A stretch of DNA of 64,000 bases from a bacterium UBP8_UBA817 (GTDB taxonomy: Bacteria > Margulisbacteria > Marinamargulisbacteria > CAMDBA01), in the NCBI GenBank assembly GCA_945888995.1, contig CAMDBA010000001.1, forward strand, positions 12,796 through 76,795, in the 5' to 3' direction. Of this stretch, positions 1-9,455 are shown piece after piece; the first letter of the stretch is position 1; every line of letters begins with the position of its first letter. The position numbers and the translations under genes were made by a program. Below the pieces are notes generated by a model. The model saw only the letters and a list, made by a program, of their open reading frames with translations. It did no database searches and was not told the origin of the DNA.

Positions 1-149
1 TCGTACCGGCCGACAGCTACTTTGCATTAGGTGACAACCGGGGTAACTCAGCGGATTCCAGAGTATGGGGATATGTCCCGCGTCAGGATTTACTTGGGGA
101 AGCCCTCTTTACTTTCTGGCCGCTTAACCGCATGCAGCTTCTTCGCTAG
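1..149 (+). CDS. lepB: Signal peptidase I, 3' end (partial at window edge)
   Basis: Frame from base 3 reads VPADSYFALGDNRGNSADSRVWGYVPRQDLLGKALFTFWPLNRMQLLR*; GDNRxNSxDSR is box E of S26 peptidases; TAG ends at 149. Confidence 0.93.
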   Translation, partial: VPADSYFALGDNRGNSADSRVWGYVPRQDLLGEALFTFWPLNRMQLLR

Positions 150-160
150 TTTCCGAGATT

Positions 161-373
161 ATGGATTTAACCGTTAATGGCGTCCATCAGACCTATGACC
201 TCTCTGAGCTCACCGTAGAGAAGTTGCTGGAGTTATTACAGTTGCCTCCTACAGGTCTGGTCGTAGAAATTAACGGTTACATTTATAAAGAGCCCGATTT
301 CCTGACTGTCGGGCTCAAACCTAAAGACCAAGTTGAATTGATTCATTTTATGGGCGGGGGCTCCGGCTATTAA
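161..373 (+). CDS. thiS: Sulfur carrier protein ThiS (ubiquitin-like)
   Basis: 70 aa, MDLTVNG...VVEING...LKPKDQVELIHFMGGG; three extra residues (SGY) follow the Gly motif. Confidence 0.85.
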   Translation: MDLTVNGVHQTYDLSELTVEKLLELLQLPPTGLVVEINGYIYKEPDFLTVGLKPKDQVELIHFMGGGSGY

Positions 374-387
374 AAATAGGGGATTGT

Positions 388-396
388 TGGTATACT
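388..396 (+). promoter_or_regulatory. Candidate extended -10 promoter for gyrB-gyrA
   Basis: TG-g-TATACT at 388-396; SD-like AGGAG at 466-470 before the gyrB ATG. Confidence 0.4.
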
Positions 397-479
397 ATCG
401 TCTAACTTTTACGTTATAGCTCGCAATTTATAGGCTTAACGGAATATCTTAAGAATTTAGCTCGTAGGAGAAATAAATC

Positions 480-2438
480 ATGCCTCAAAAGTACGGTGCT
501 GAGCAGATAAAAGTCCTAGAAGGTCTGGAAGCCGTCCGCAAAAGACCGAGTATGTATATCGGCTCAACAGGCAAAAACGGACTGAACCATCTTATTTACG
601 AAGTAGTCGACAATAGTATCGACGAAGCCATGGCCGGCTATTGTACGGAAGTCTACGTCACCATCGACCCCGATAATATTGTTACAGTTGTAGACAATGG
701 ACGTGGTATTCCAATAGATACCCATAAAGAAAAAGGTCTTCCGGCCGTTGACGTCGTTATGACGACTTTGCACGCCGGCGGAAAATTCGAAGGTGAAGGA
801 TATAAAGTATCCGGCGGATTGCACGGGGTCGGCGTATCCGTTGTTAACGCATTATCCGAAGAACTAACCGTTATTGTACGACGCGACAGGCGCCAATATA
901 CACAGGTCTACCATAAAGGCGCTCCTGAAACCTTGATCGGGAAATTCATCGATATCGATACCGATGAAACCGGCACCACCGTGATTTTCAAACCGGATGC
1001 CACAATCTTTGAAACCACGGAATTTACCTCTGAAATCATCGATCACCGTTTAAAAGAATTGTCGTTTTTGAACCGTGGTATCAAGATTATTTTCAGAGAT
1101 AATCGCTACGAAACACCGACTGAAAAAATATATCAATTCGAAGGCGGTATTAATGCCTACGTTGAAAACATCAACGAAAGCAAAACCCCGCTTTTCTCAC
1201 CGCCGATTTATATGCAAAAATCGCGCGACGGCTATGAAGTGGAAGTCTCGCTTCAATATGTATCCGATTATTATGATGAGCAGGTCGTCACCTTTGCCAA
1301 TAATATCCGGACGCGTGAAGGTGGTACGCATCTTGTTGGGTTCAGAACCGCGCTAACACGGGTTATTAATAACTTCAGCCGCAAATATGACTTAATTAAA
1401 GATAAAGACCTCTCATTCACCGGTAACGATCTAAGGGAAGGCCTTACCGCGGTTATCAGTGTTCGACTTCAGAATCCTCAGTTTGAAGGTCAAACCAAGA
1501 CCAAGCTCGGTAACTCCGAAGTCAAAGGGATTGTCGACTCACTTGTAGACGAAGGTTTGTCAGACTTCGTTGAAACCAATCCGAAAGTCGGTCGGTTAAT
1601 TGCTAATAAAGCATTGATCGCACAACGGGTTCGGGAAGCCACGCGCAAAGCGCAGGAACTAGCCCGCCGTAAAACCAGCTTAGAAAGCACGACCCTACCA
1701 GGAAAATTAGCAGACTGTTCAGAAAAAGATCCGGCATTATGTGAAATCTTTTTGGTGGAAGGCGATTCCGCTGGCGGTTCTGCTAAACAAGGACGTGATC
1801 GGAACTTTCAGGCGATTCTTCCTTTAAGAGGAAAAGTTCTAAACGTTGAAAAAGCACGGTTAGATAAAATTCTTGCCAACGAAGAAATTCGGTCGCTCAT
1901 CACCGCCATCGGCCCTGAAGCGATTAGCGGACTATCCAGCCGGATGGATGATGATGAAGAAAAATTATCGGACCCTAAAAGCGTCTTAACCAAACTGCGC
2001 TACCATAAAATCGTGATCATGACCGATGCCGACGTAGACGGTGCGCATATCAGAACACTGTTATTAACCTTTTTCTTCCGGTATGCGAGAGAACTCATCG
2101 AAGCAGGTGCCATGTATATTGCGCAGCCGCCGTTATACCTGGTTAAAAAAGGCAATACAAAACGCTATGCCTTTAACGACAAGGAACTGGAAAAAATCCA
2201 AGCTGAAATCGGAAAAGACAACGTTAATATTCAGCGCTATAAAGGGTTGGGAGAAATGAATCCGGATCAATTATGGGAAACCACTATGGATCCTGATAAA
2301 CGATCGATGCTTCAAATCAACCTTGAAGACGCCGAAGAAGCGGATGAAATCTTTACCCTTTTAATGGGAAATAAGGTTGAACCTCGTCGCGAATTCATTG
2401 AAAAATATGCTAAAACTGTCCGCTGGATTGACGTTTAA
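480..2438 (+). CDS. gyrB: DNA gyrase subunit B
   Basis: GHKL motifs [24 protein letters not shown]; TOPRIM EGDSAGG and IMTDADVDG; RYKGLGEM. Confidence 0.99.
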   Translation: MPQKYGAEQIKVLEGLEAVRKRPSMYIGSTGKNGLNHLIYEVVDNSIDEAMAGYCTEVYVTIDPDNIVTVVDNGRGIPIDTHKEKGLPAVDVVMTTLHAGGKFEGEGYKVSGGLHGVGVSVVNALSEELTVIVRRDRRQYTQVYHKGAPETLIGKFIDIDTDETGTTVIFKPDATIFETTEFTSEIIDHRLKELSFLNRGIKIIFRDNRYETPTEKIYQFEGGINAYVENINESKTPLFSPPIYMQKSRDGYEVEVSLQYVSDYYDEQVVTFANNIRTREGGTHLVGFRTALTRVINNFSRKYDLIKDKDLSFTGNDLREGLTAVISVRLQNPQFEGQTKTKLGNSEVKGIVDSLVDEGLSDFVETNPKVGRLIANKALIAQRVREATRKAQELARRKTSLESTTLPGKLADCSEKDPALCEIFLVEGDSAGGSAKQGRDRNFQAILPLRGKVLNVEKARLDKILANEEIRSLITAIGPEAISGLSSRMDDDEEKLSDPKSVLTKLRYHKIVIMTDADVDGAHIRTLLLTFFFRYARELIEAGAMYIAQPPLYLVKKGNTKRYAFNDKELEKIQAEIGKDNVNIQRYKGLGEMNPDQLWETTMDPDKRSMLQINLEDAEEADEIFTLLMGNKVEPRREFIEKYAKTVRWIDV

Positions 2439-2449
2439 AGGAGGCCTGC

Positions 2450-4993
2450 ATGGAAGAACAACCCAATTTATTTATAGAACCTGCTGAAGTCAGAAAAACC
2501 ATTAATATCGATGATGAGATGAAGTCGTCTTATTTGGAATATGCGATGTCTGTTATTGTCGGGCGCGCATTACCCGATGTCCGAGACGGGTTAAAACCGG
2601 TTCACCGCCGAATTTTATATGCGATGTATGATGCGGGATTTACCGCAGGCCGTCCGCATAAAAAGTGCGCTAGAATCGTTGGAGACGTATTAGGGCGATA
2701 CCATCCGCATGGCGATACTGCTGTTTATGATTCCTTGGTTCGTATGGCGCAGTCATTTTCGCTACGATACCCCTTAATCGACGGGCAAGGAAACTACGGA
2801 TCTGTCGATGGTGATAACGCAGCCGCTATGAGATACACCGAAGCGCGTATGTCCAGAATCAGTATGGAATTGCTTCAGGATATCGAAAAAAATACCGTTG
2901 ATTTTGTACCTAACTTTGACGAATCACTGGAAGAGCCGAAGGTATTACCGGCACGTATCCCCACCCTACTTGTCAACGGAACCTCCGGGATTGCCGTCGG
3001 GATGGCGACGAATATCCCGCCTCATAACTTATCCGAAATCGTCGACGGTGTTTGTGCCTTGATCGATAATCCCGAAATCGACATTCTCGATCTGATGGAA
3101 TATATCAAAGGACCGGATTTCCCGACCGGCGGTATTATTTGCGGAACGCAAGGAATCCAGCAGGCCTATCACACCGGAAAAGGGATCATCATCGTTCGAG
3201 GAAAATCCTTTATCGAAGAATCCAAGAAAAAAGGCAAAGAAGCCATTATCATCGAAGAAATTCCGTACCAGGTTAACAAGTCGAATCTGATTATTAAGAT
3301 TGCCGAATTGGTTCACGAGAAGAAAATAACCGGTATCTCAGATCTTCGTGACGAATCCGACCGTAAGGGGATGCGGATTTACATTGAGCTCAAAAAAGAT
3401 GCTCAGTCTGAAGTCATCCTCAACCAACTTTACAAACATACCCAATTACAAACCTCTTTCGGAATTAATATGGTGGCGTTGGTCAATGGTATTCCACGGA
3501 CCCTGAATATCAAAGAAATATTAGCGCCTTATATTGAACATCGGAAAAGCGTCATTATACGCCGTACAACGCATGATATGCTGCAAGCACGTGACCGGCT
3601 GCATATTTTAGAAGGATTACGGATTGCTCTGGATAATATTGATTCGATTATCGAATTAATTAAAGCGTCTCCGAACACCGATTCAGCGCGATCAAGTTTG
3701 ATGAGCGTCTACACGTTAAGCGAACGGCAAGCCAACGCAATCCTAGAAATGCGTCTCCAAAGGTTAACCGGACTTGAGAGAGAAAAAATTGAGAACGAAT
3801 ACCGGGACGTTCAAGCAAAAATCGCTGATTTGGAAGATATCCTGACTAGTGAGCCTCGTATTTTTCAAATTATTAAAGCCGAACATCTAGCCATCAAAGA
3901 AAAATATGGAGATGAACGCCGTACGGAATTGTCAAATATCGATAATGATATGGATATCGAAGATTTGATTCCTCAAGAACAAGTCGCCGTCTTAATTTCT
4001 AAAAAAGGCTTCGTCAAAAGAATGCCGATCTCCCTTTTCCGTAGCCAGCTAAGGGGCGGACGGGGAATCAATAGCATGGCCACTCGCGAAGAAGATATGA
4101 TCGAACAGTTGTTCGTTACCAACACGCATCAATATCTGCTTTGCTTTACCAATAAAGGAAAAGTATTCAAAATCAAGGTTTACCGGATTCCGGAAGCCTC
4201 CCGTCAAAGCAAAGGTCTCTCTATTTCGCATTTCATTAACCTGGATGAGAACGAAACGGTGACGACGACGATTGCGGTTAAAGATTTTGATTCTGATGAA
4301 TTCCTATTTATGACCACCCAAAAAGGAATCGTCAAGAAAACGGAGCTTCGCTCATTTGTCCACCTTAAAAATCGGGCGATTATTGCAATCAACCTTGATG
4401 ACGATGACCAATTGAGATGGGTAAAGCAAACCAACGGTAAAAAAGATGTGATATTAGTGACTTCCGCCGCGATGGTTATTCGCTTTAATGAAGAACAGGT
4501 ACGTCCTATGGGAAGAAGTACACGGGGTGTCAAAGGAATTAATATCAAGCAGCAGGACAACCTGGTAAGTATGGATATTATCGATCATGAAGAATCAGGC
4601 CTTCACCTCTTACTAGTCACCTCCAAAGGTTACGGCAAGAACATTAAAGTCGGTGAATTCAAAGACCAACGCAGAGGCGGTATAGGTGTCCGGTCTATCC
4701 GGTTCCGCAAAACCATTATGGGTGATGAAATCCGTGATGCGATTATTACCAGCAAAGATATGGAGCTGATGCTCGTGACCAAACAAGGAACATTGTGCCG
4801 TCAAAAAATTGCGAACATCTCTATTCAAAAACGGACTTCACAAGGTGTGCGTATCGTTAAATTGGATTCGGATGACGAAGTCGTCGCTATTGATAAGATG
4901 GTGGTCGATGATCAAGTCGATGAGATCGAAACGGCATTAGCCGATTTACCGCCAGCGCCGCAACCGCCGCTCTTACCAGAAATAGACGCCTAA
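2450..4993 (+). CDS. gyrA: DNA gyrase subunit A
   Basis: [21 protein letters not shown], catalytic AAMRYTE; GyrA-box QLRGGRG distinguishes it from ParC. Confidence 0.99.
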   Translation: MEEQPNLFIEPAEVRKTINIDDEMKSSYLEYAMSVIVGRALPDVRDGLKPVHRRILYAMYDAGFTAGRPHKKCARIVGDVLGRYHPHGDTAVYDSLVRMAQSFSLRYPLIDGQGNYGSVDGDNAAAMRYTEARMSRISMELLQDIEKNTVDFVPNFDESLEEPKVLPARIPTLLVNGTSGIAVGMATNIPPHNLSEIVDGVCALIDNPEIDILDLMEYIKGPDFPTGGIICGTQGIQQAYHTGKGIIIVRGKSFIEESKKKGKEAIIIEEIPYQVNKSNLIIKIAELVHEKKITGISDLRDESDRKGMRIYIELKKDAQSEVILNQLYKHTQLQTSFGINMVALVNGIPRTLNIKEILAPYIEHRKSVIIRRTTHDMLQARDRLHILEGLRIALDNIDSIIELIKASPNTDSARSSLMSVYTLSERQANAILEMRLQRLTGLEREKIENEYRDVQAKIADLEDILTSEPRIFQIIKAEHLAIKEKYGDERRTELSNIDNDMDIEDLIPQEQVAVLISKKGFVKRMPISLFRSQLRGGRGINSMATREEDMIEQLFVTNTHQYLLCFTNKGKVFKIKVYRIPEASRQSKGLSISHFINLDENETVTTTIAVKDFDSDEFLFMTTQKGIVKKTELRSFVHLKNRAIIAINLDDDDQLRWVKQTNGKKDVILVTSAAMVIRFNEEQVRPMGRSTRGVKGINIKQQDNLVSMDIIDHEESGLHLLLVTSKGYGKNIKVGEFKDQRRGGIGVRSIRFRKTIMGDEIRDAIITSKDMELMLVTKQGTLCRQKIANISIQKRTSQGVRIVKLDSDDEVVAIDKMVVDDQVDEIETALADLPPAPQPPLLPEIDA

Positions 4994-5011
4994 AACGCTC
5001 CTATTCGGTTC

Positions 5012-5054
5012 AACCCCAAAGCCTCTTGATTCTATTGAGGCTTTGGGGTTTTTT
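5012..5054 (+). terminator. Intrinsic terminator after gyrA
   Basis: 14-bp stem AACCCCAAAGCCTC / GAGGCTTTGGGGTT followed by a T run. Confidence 0.85.
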
Positions 5055-5367
5055 ATTAATAGTCGTTCAACTCTCCAATTTTTCATAATCCTTGTACGTC
5101 TCAAGGATACCAAGAATTGAAAGCGTCCACTGGACTAAATATTAAGTAGATTTCAATTAATCGTCACTGTTTTATAAACATACTTCGCACAGCGGGACCT
5201 CGTAAACGATAGCTCGAATACAAGCAACTCAAAAGATGATGCAATAAGTAGTGCATGGGGATAATCCTGGGAATTGAAATTAGGTACGTAAAATGTGGGA
5301 TTGGGCATGCCGGTCCTCCGCTCAAATAAATTATGTACGAAAACTATCCCTGATTGCATTAGTAAAA

Positions 5368-5404
5368 GCTGGCATGCCAGCCGTAGCTCCGAAGGAGCGA
5401 AGGC
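5368..5404. repeat. REP-like double palindrome
   Basis: Perfect 14-bp palindrome GCTGGCATGCCAGC (5368-5381) plus hairpin GCTCC-GAA-GGAGC (5386-5398), abutting the tmRNA 3'-end duplicate. Confidence 0.55.
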
Positions 5405-5427
5405 TGGTGGAGGTGACCGGAGTTGAA
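5405..5427 (-). repeat. 23-bp exact duplicate of the tmRNA 3' end (attR-like)
   Basis: TGGTGGAGGTGACCGGAGTTGAA at 5405-5427 equals 5693-5715; on the minus strand it runs from the T-loop TTC to CCA. Confidence 0.9.
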
Positions 5428-5692
5428 GTCACTGCTGCGGCTGCCAACGCACCCTTGCTATGACCAAGTCTGCACTCCTGACGTTCCCGCCGTCGCGCTC
5501 ACTTTTCCTCCCTATTCGGTCGGCGGAGCTGGCTGTTCAACTCCGACGAAAAGGTTTTTTGTTACCACTTACTTCGAATGCTACCCATTTCCAAAAAATT
5601 TTAGTGAGATTGGTCATTTCTCGCGGAGGGGATAGTAGCGGAAGCTACAGACCCGCAGCGAAAATGGCCAAGATTGCAAAATTTTTTAGAAA
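5428..5692 (-). mobile_element. Putative gene-less miniature integrative element in tmRNA (265 bp)
   Basis: Bounded by the 23-bp direct repeat; contains a motif shared with the tRNA-Asp insert (5478-5525) and a 50-bp core shared with the tRNA-Tyr trailer (5616-5665). Confidence 0.55.
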
Positions 5693-6072
5693 TGGTGGAG
5701 GTGACCGGAGTTGAACCGGTGTCCGAAGGACCTGAAAGCTAATCCACTACGAGTGTAGTTTCTGTTTTATTTTTTAATAGTCGGGACTCCCAGAAACAGG
5801 ATTCCGTCCTACGAGATCCGGTAAAGTTTCGCTTCAAACCCCGTATCATAGTTTTTCGGCTAGTTGACTAGTTTTACGCCTCCCAGGTCTCATCAACGAA
5901 GACAAGGGCGACGGCTACCTAAATTTAATTAAGCAGCGAGTTTTTGAGAACCGAAGTTCCCGTAAGTAACGTTGTTGTCGTTTACTTTTTTTCTGCCTTT
6001 TTACGAGGCCGGGCAGCTCCTCGACTCGCGTTTTAGCCTCACAATATCCCCCGTCGAAACCATTACACCCCC
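5693..6072 (-). ncRNA. ssrA: tmRNA (one-piece, 380 nt)
   Basis: 5' GGGGGTGTAATGGTTTCGACGGGG; 3' GGACACCGGTTCAACTCCGGTCACCTCCACCA; acceptor stem with G3:U70; internal tag ORF ending LAA*. Confidence 0.97.
5929..5985 (-). other. tmRNA tag reading frame (A)VNDNNVTYGNFGSQKLAA*
   Basis: GTA AAC GAC AAC AAC GTT ACT TAC GGG AAC TTC GGT TCT CAA AAA CTC GCT GCT TAA; resume codon inferred from the usual GNN-AAC-GA context. Confidence 0.8.
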
Positions 6073-6286
6073 TTGTTATTCCCCACCAAAAACACGTTTT
6101 TGGCGGGGGTCCCAATTTCAAATATTAATACCAATACAAATATCAATACTAACAATGGAATACAGGACCGGTTGGAGAGCTCAAATTTTGGTGAATTTGA
6201 GGTGGTTTTTAGAGTTGCCGTGGTGGCACACTATAAAGAACTTTGGCGATTGAGCCATGTCGTATTTTACGCCATAATGAACCCCT

Positions 6287-7237
6287 ATGCAAACCCACTA
6301 CGACCAAATAGAAGACGCCAACTTAAACCGGATTGCCGAGGGGCTTCGGGTGATTGAAGAGTATGTGCGGTTTGTGACCCTAAACAAGAAACAGACAGAT
6401 CAATTGGCCGCTATTCGGAAACAGGTGAACTTATCTGAGACCCGTATTGCGGAGCACCTGGGGATCAGGAATACCGAGAAAGACATGCGGGCTAAAGAAA
6501 CGCCTACGAAGCGCAAGTCGATTCTGGAGCTCTTGAAGGCTAATTTCAAACGGGTCGAAGAAGGGCTTCGAGTATTAGAAGAATACACGGGCAACACGCT
6601 TTACAATCAGCTTCGCTACGATTGCTATTTGCTAGAAAAAGAGATTTTATTACCGCTGGCGCGGCCTCAGATCAAACCGGGCGTATATCTCATTTCAGAT
6701 CAGATTGACGTTCTCAAGCAAGGGCTGGACTGGGGCGTCTCGCTGATACAGTTGCGGGACAAATCGCTTCACAAAGCCGAGTACTTTAACAAGCTAGAAC
6801 ATCTCCAACCGATCGCCAAATCATACGGTATTCCATTTATTGTGAATGATTATGCAGATATTGCCTTGCTACTGGATGCCGATGGGTTTCATACGGGGCA
6901 GGATGACCTTGATATTACGACACTGCGAAATCTCTTTGGGCCGCATAAATTACTGGGGCGCACCACCCACACTCTGGAACAAGGCCTGGAGGCGCAGGCT
7001 CAAGGTGCGGACTATGTCAGCGTGGGCCCCCTCTGGGAAACACCGTCGAAGCCGGGACGAGCGGGTATAGGACTTTCTTATTTAGAAGAGGCACGGGCGA
7101 AGTTGTCTATTCCATATGTTGCGATCGGAAGTATTTCACCTGACACTATTGAGCAAGTGATGCGCTATGAGCCGCCACTCGTGGGACTTATTCGGAGTTA
7201 TGAGATGGTGCCAGGGATTTTGAAGCGGTATTTTTAA
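6287..7237 (+). CDS. thiE: Thiamine-phosphate synthase with N-terminal ThiD2-like domain
   Basis: N-terminal DANLNRIAEGLRVIEEYVRF and ANFKRVEEGLRVLEEY (ThiD2-type); C-terminal QLRDK, FIVND, GFHTGQDD, DYVSVGPLWETPSKP. Confidence 0.92.
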   Translation: MQTHYDQIEDANLNRIAEGLRVIEEYVRFVTLNKKQTDQLAAIRKQVNLSETRIAEHLGIRNTEKDMRAKETPTKRKSILELLKANFKRVEEGLRVLEEYTGNTLYNQLRYDCYLLEKEILLPLARPQIKPGVYLISDQIDVLKQGLDWGVSLIQLRDKSLHKAEYFNKLEHLQPIAKSYGIPFIVNDYADIALLLDADGFHTGQDDLDITTLRNLFGPHKLLGRTTHTLEQGLEAQAQGADYVSVGPLWETPSKPGRAGIGLSYLEEARAKLSIPYVAIGSISPDTIEQVMRYEPPLVGLIRSYEMVPGILKRYF

Positions 7238-7288
7238 AACAGCCCTAAACATAGATTTTTTAAGGCACAAACAGTACAATAGCCACCT

Positions 7289-8536
7289 ATGTCAAAACTG
7301 ATCATCGAAGGCGGACAAACATTAATCGGAGAAGTCACCTCATCGGGCGCCAAAAACGCCGCGTTGCCGATTCTGGCTGCCACCGTTTTATTAGAAGGTG
7401 AATCCGAGCTTCGTAATGTACCGAAGTTAATGGATATTGTGACGATGGTCCGGATGTTGAACGCACTCGGCGTTCGCACGGAATTCGGCCCGAATAATAC
7501 AGTTCGAATTTGGAATAATAAAAAAATACGGCATATTGCGCCGTATGAATTGGTCACTGCGATGCGGGCCTCGTTTTTTGTGGCGGGTCCGTTGCTAGCC
7601 AAAACCGGCTTAGCCAAGGTTCCGCTGCCGGGCGGATGTGCCATCGGATCTCGTCCGATTGACCTTCATTTAAAAGGATTCAAAGCGTTAGGCGCAGAAG
7701 TGTTTGTCGAGCACGGGTTTGTGGAGCTTAAGGCCAAAAGGCTTGTCGGCACCCACATTTATCTGGATTTTCCGTCCGTCGGCGCAACTGAAAATATTAT
7801 GATGGCGGCCTGTCTGGCCGAAGGCACAACAGTCATTGAGAATGCCGCGCTTGAGCCTGAAATTACGGATTTGGGTCATTTTCTGATCAAGGCCGGGGCA
7901 AAAATCGAAGGACTTGATACGCCGAATATCACGATTCATGGCGTTGAAAAACTTCATGGCATTCAATATGACGTCATTCCGGATCGGGTTGAAATTGGCA
8001 CATTGATGATTGCAGGGGCCATTACCGGTGGAGACGTGACTGTTCACAATGTGGTGATTCCTCACTTGGAGCCGCTGATCCGCAAACTCAAGGAATGCGG
8101 TGCTGATATTGTCTGCGAACGAAATCTCATCCAGGTCAAAGGCAATAAAGACCTTATTGCGGTTGACATTGAAACCCAGCCCTTCCCCGGCTTCCCGACC
8201 GACATGCAGGCCCAAATGATGTCGTTGCTATGCGTAGTTAAAGGCAACTCTAAGGTCAAAGAAACCATTTTCGAAAACCGGTTTATGCATGCGCATGAAC
8301 TGATGCGGATGGGTGCTAATATTAAATTAGATAAAAATTATGCGTTTATTTCCGGTGTGGAGACGTTATCGGGCGCGGAAGTGCGGATTACGGATTTGCG
8401 AGCGGGTGCGGCCTTGGTTCTGGCAGGGTTAGCGGCTGAGGGAGAGACCATCGTTTACGGTCTCAAGCACTTGAAGCGCGGCTATGAAAATATGCCGGAG
8501 AAAATCCGGGCCTTAGGCGGCCGTATCGTCGAATAA
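7289..8536 (+). CDS. murA: UDP-N-acetylglucosamine 1-carboxyvinyltransferase
   Basis: GAKNAALPILAA, LPGGCAIGSRPIDLH (catalytic Cys), PGFPTDMQ, DLRAGAAL. Confidence 0.99.
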   Translation: MSKLIIEGGQTLIGEVTSSGAKNAALPILAATVLLEGESELRNVPKLMDIVTMVRMLNALGVRTEFGPNNTVRIWNNKKIRHIAPYELVTAMRASFFVAGPLLAKTGLAKVPLPGGCAIGSRPIDLHLKGFKALGAEVFVEHGFVELKAKRLVGTHIYLDFPSVGATENIMMAACLAEGTTVIENAALEPEITDLGHFLIKAGAKIEGLDTPNITIHGVEKLHGIQYDVIPDRVEIGTLMIAGAITGGDVTVHNVVIPHLEPLIRKLKECGADIVCERNLIQVKGNKDLIAVDIETQPFPGFPTDMQAQMMSLLCVVKGNSKVKETIFENRFMHAHELMRMGANIKLDKNYAFISGVETLSGAEVRITDLRAGAALVLAGLAAEGETIVYGLKHLKRGYENMPEKIRALGGRIVE

Positions 8537-8555
8537 ATTAAAAAGGAGTTTTGAT

Positions 8556-9428
8556 ATGAAACATAAACTTCATTTCACTAAAATGCATGGACTTGGTAAT
8601 GATTTTATCGTCATTGATGCCATCAACCAACGCGTCGAAACCCTTGATTTCACCTACCTTGCGGCGCTGTTATGCGATCGCCATTTAGGGATCGGCGGAG
8701 ACGGCGTGATTCTGGTGCTTGAGTCAGAAACGGCGGACCTGAAAATGCGGATTTTCAATGCAGACGGTTCGGAACCTGAGATGTGCGGCAACGGCATCCG
8801 GTGTTTTGCGAAGTTTGCCTATGAGAATACCTTGATCGAGAAAGAAGTGTTCTCTGTCGAGACATTAGCGGGCAATATTGTGCCTGCATTGGTGATTAAA
8901 TCCGGACGTGTAGAGGCCATCGAAGTCGATATGGGCGAACCGATTTTAGCCCGTCAGCGTATTCCGATGTCAGGCGCTCCGATCGATCAAGTCGTACGAG
9001 AACCTTTGCAAGTCGGGCCATTAGGCTCCACTTATGAAATCACATGTGTTTCAATGGGGAATCCCCATGCGGTTGTTTTTGTCGATGATTTATCTCAAAT
9101 TGATCTCACCGATATCGGCCCCCATTTCGAATGGCATCCGGCGTTTCCTCAACGGATCAACACCGAATTCGTCGAAGTGGCCAGCCGGAGTGAAGCCAGT
9201 CTCAAAGTCTGGGAACGCGGATCGGGTGAAACCCTGGCCTGCGGAACCGGCGCATGTGCGACTTTGGTCGCGGGCGTACTGGCAGACAAGCTGGATCGGA
9301 AGGCATTGATCCATCTTCCCGGCGGAGACTTGTTCATCGAATGGCAGTCCTCCAACAACCACGTTATTATGACCGGACCTGCAATGACCGTTTTTGCAGG
9401 CGAAATCGACATTGCCGACCCTCAATAA
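8556..9428 (+). CDS. dapF: Diaminopimelate epimerase
   Basis: FTKMHGLGNDF, EMCGNGIRC, SMGNPH, ERGSGETLACGTG. Confidence 0.99.
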   Translation: MKHKLHFTKMHGLGNDFIVIDAINQRVETLDFTYLAALLCDRHLGIGGDGVILVLESETADLKMRIFNADGSEPEMCGNGIRCFAKFAYENTLIEKEVFSVETLAGNIVPALVIKSGRVEAIEVDMGEPILARQRIPMSGAPIDQVVREPLQVGPLGSTYEITCVSMGNPHAVVFVDDLSQIDLTDIGPHFEWHPAFPQRINTEFVEVASRSEASLKVWERGSGETLACGTGACATLVAGVLADKLDRKALIHLPGGDLFIEWQSSNNHVIMTGPAMTVFAGEIDIADPQ

Positions 9429-9455
9429 ATTTTTTCAAGGAGTATAGACGCTGTT

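Noticed and set aside
2690-2740. GyrA Thr at the Ser83-equivalent position as quinolone resistance
   Set aside because: Thr is the wild-type residue in several susceptible species, so it is not evidence of resistance.
5153-5359. 68-aa ORF as a gene or island cargo
   Set aside because: No recognisable motif or SD, and it lies outside the att-like repeat; it could be a remnant but this is unsupported.
5428-5477. Guide-like complementarity between each insert and its own tDNA 3' end
   Set aside because: The pairings need several bulges or G-U pairs in GC-rich sequence and cannot be told from chance with two examples.
6073-6357. ORFs over the tmRNA leader (NINTNT... and the antisense hydrophobic run)
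   Set aside because: Produced by low-complexity AATAYN repeats; no start context, and they overlap ssrA or thiE.
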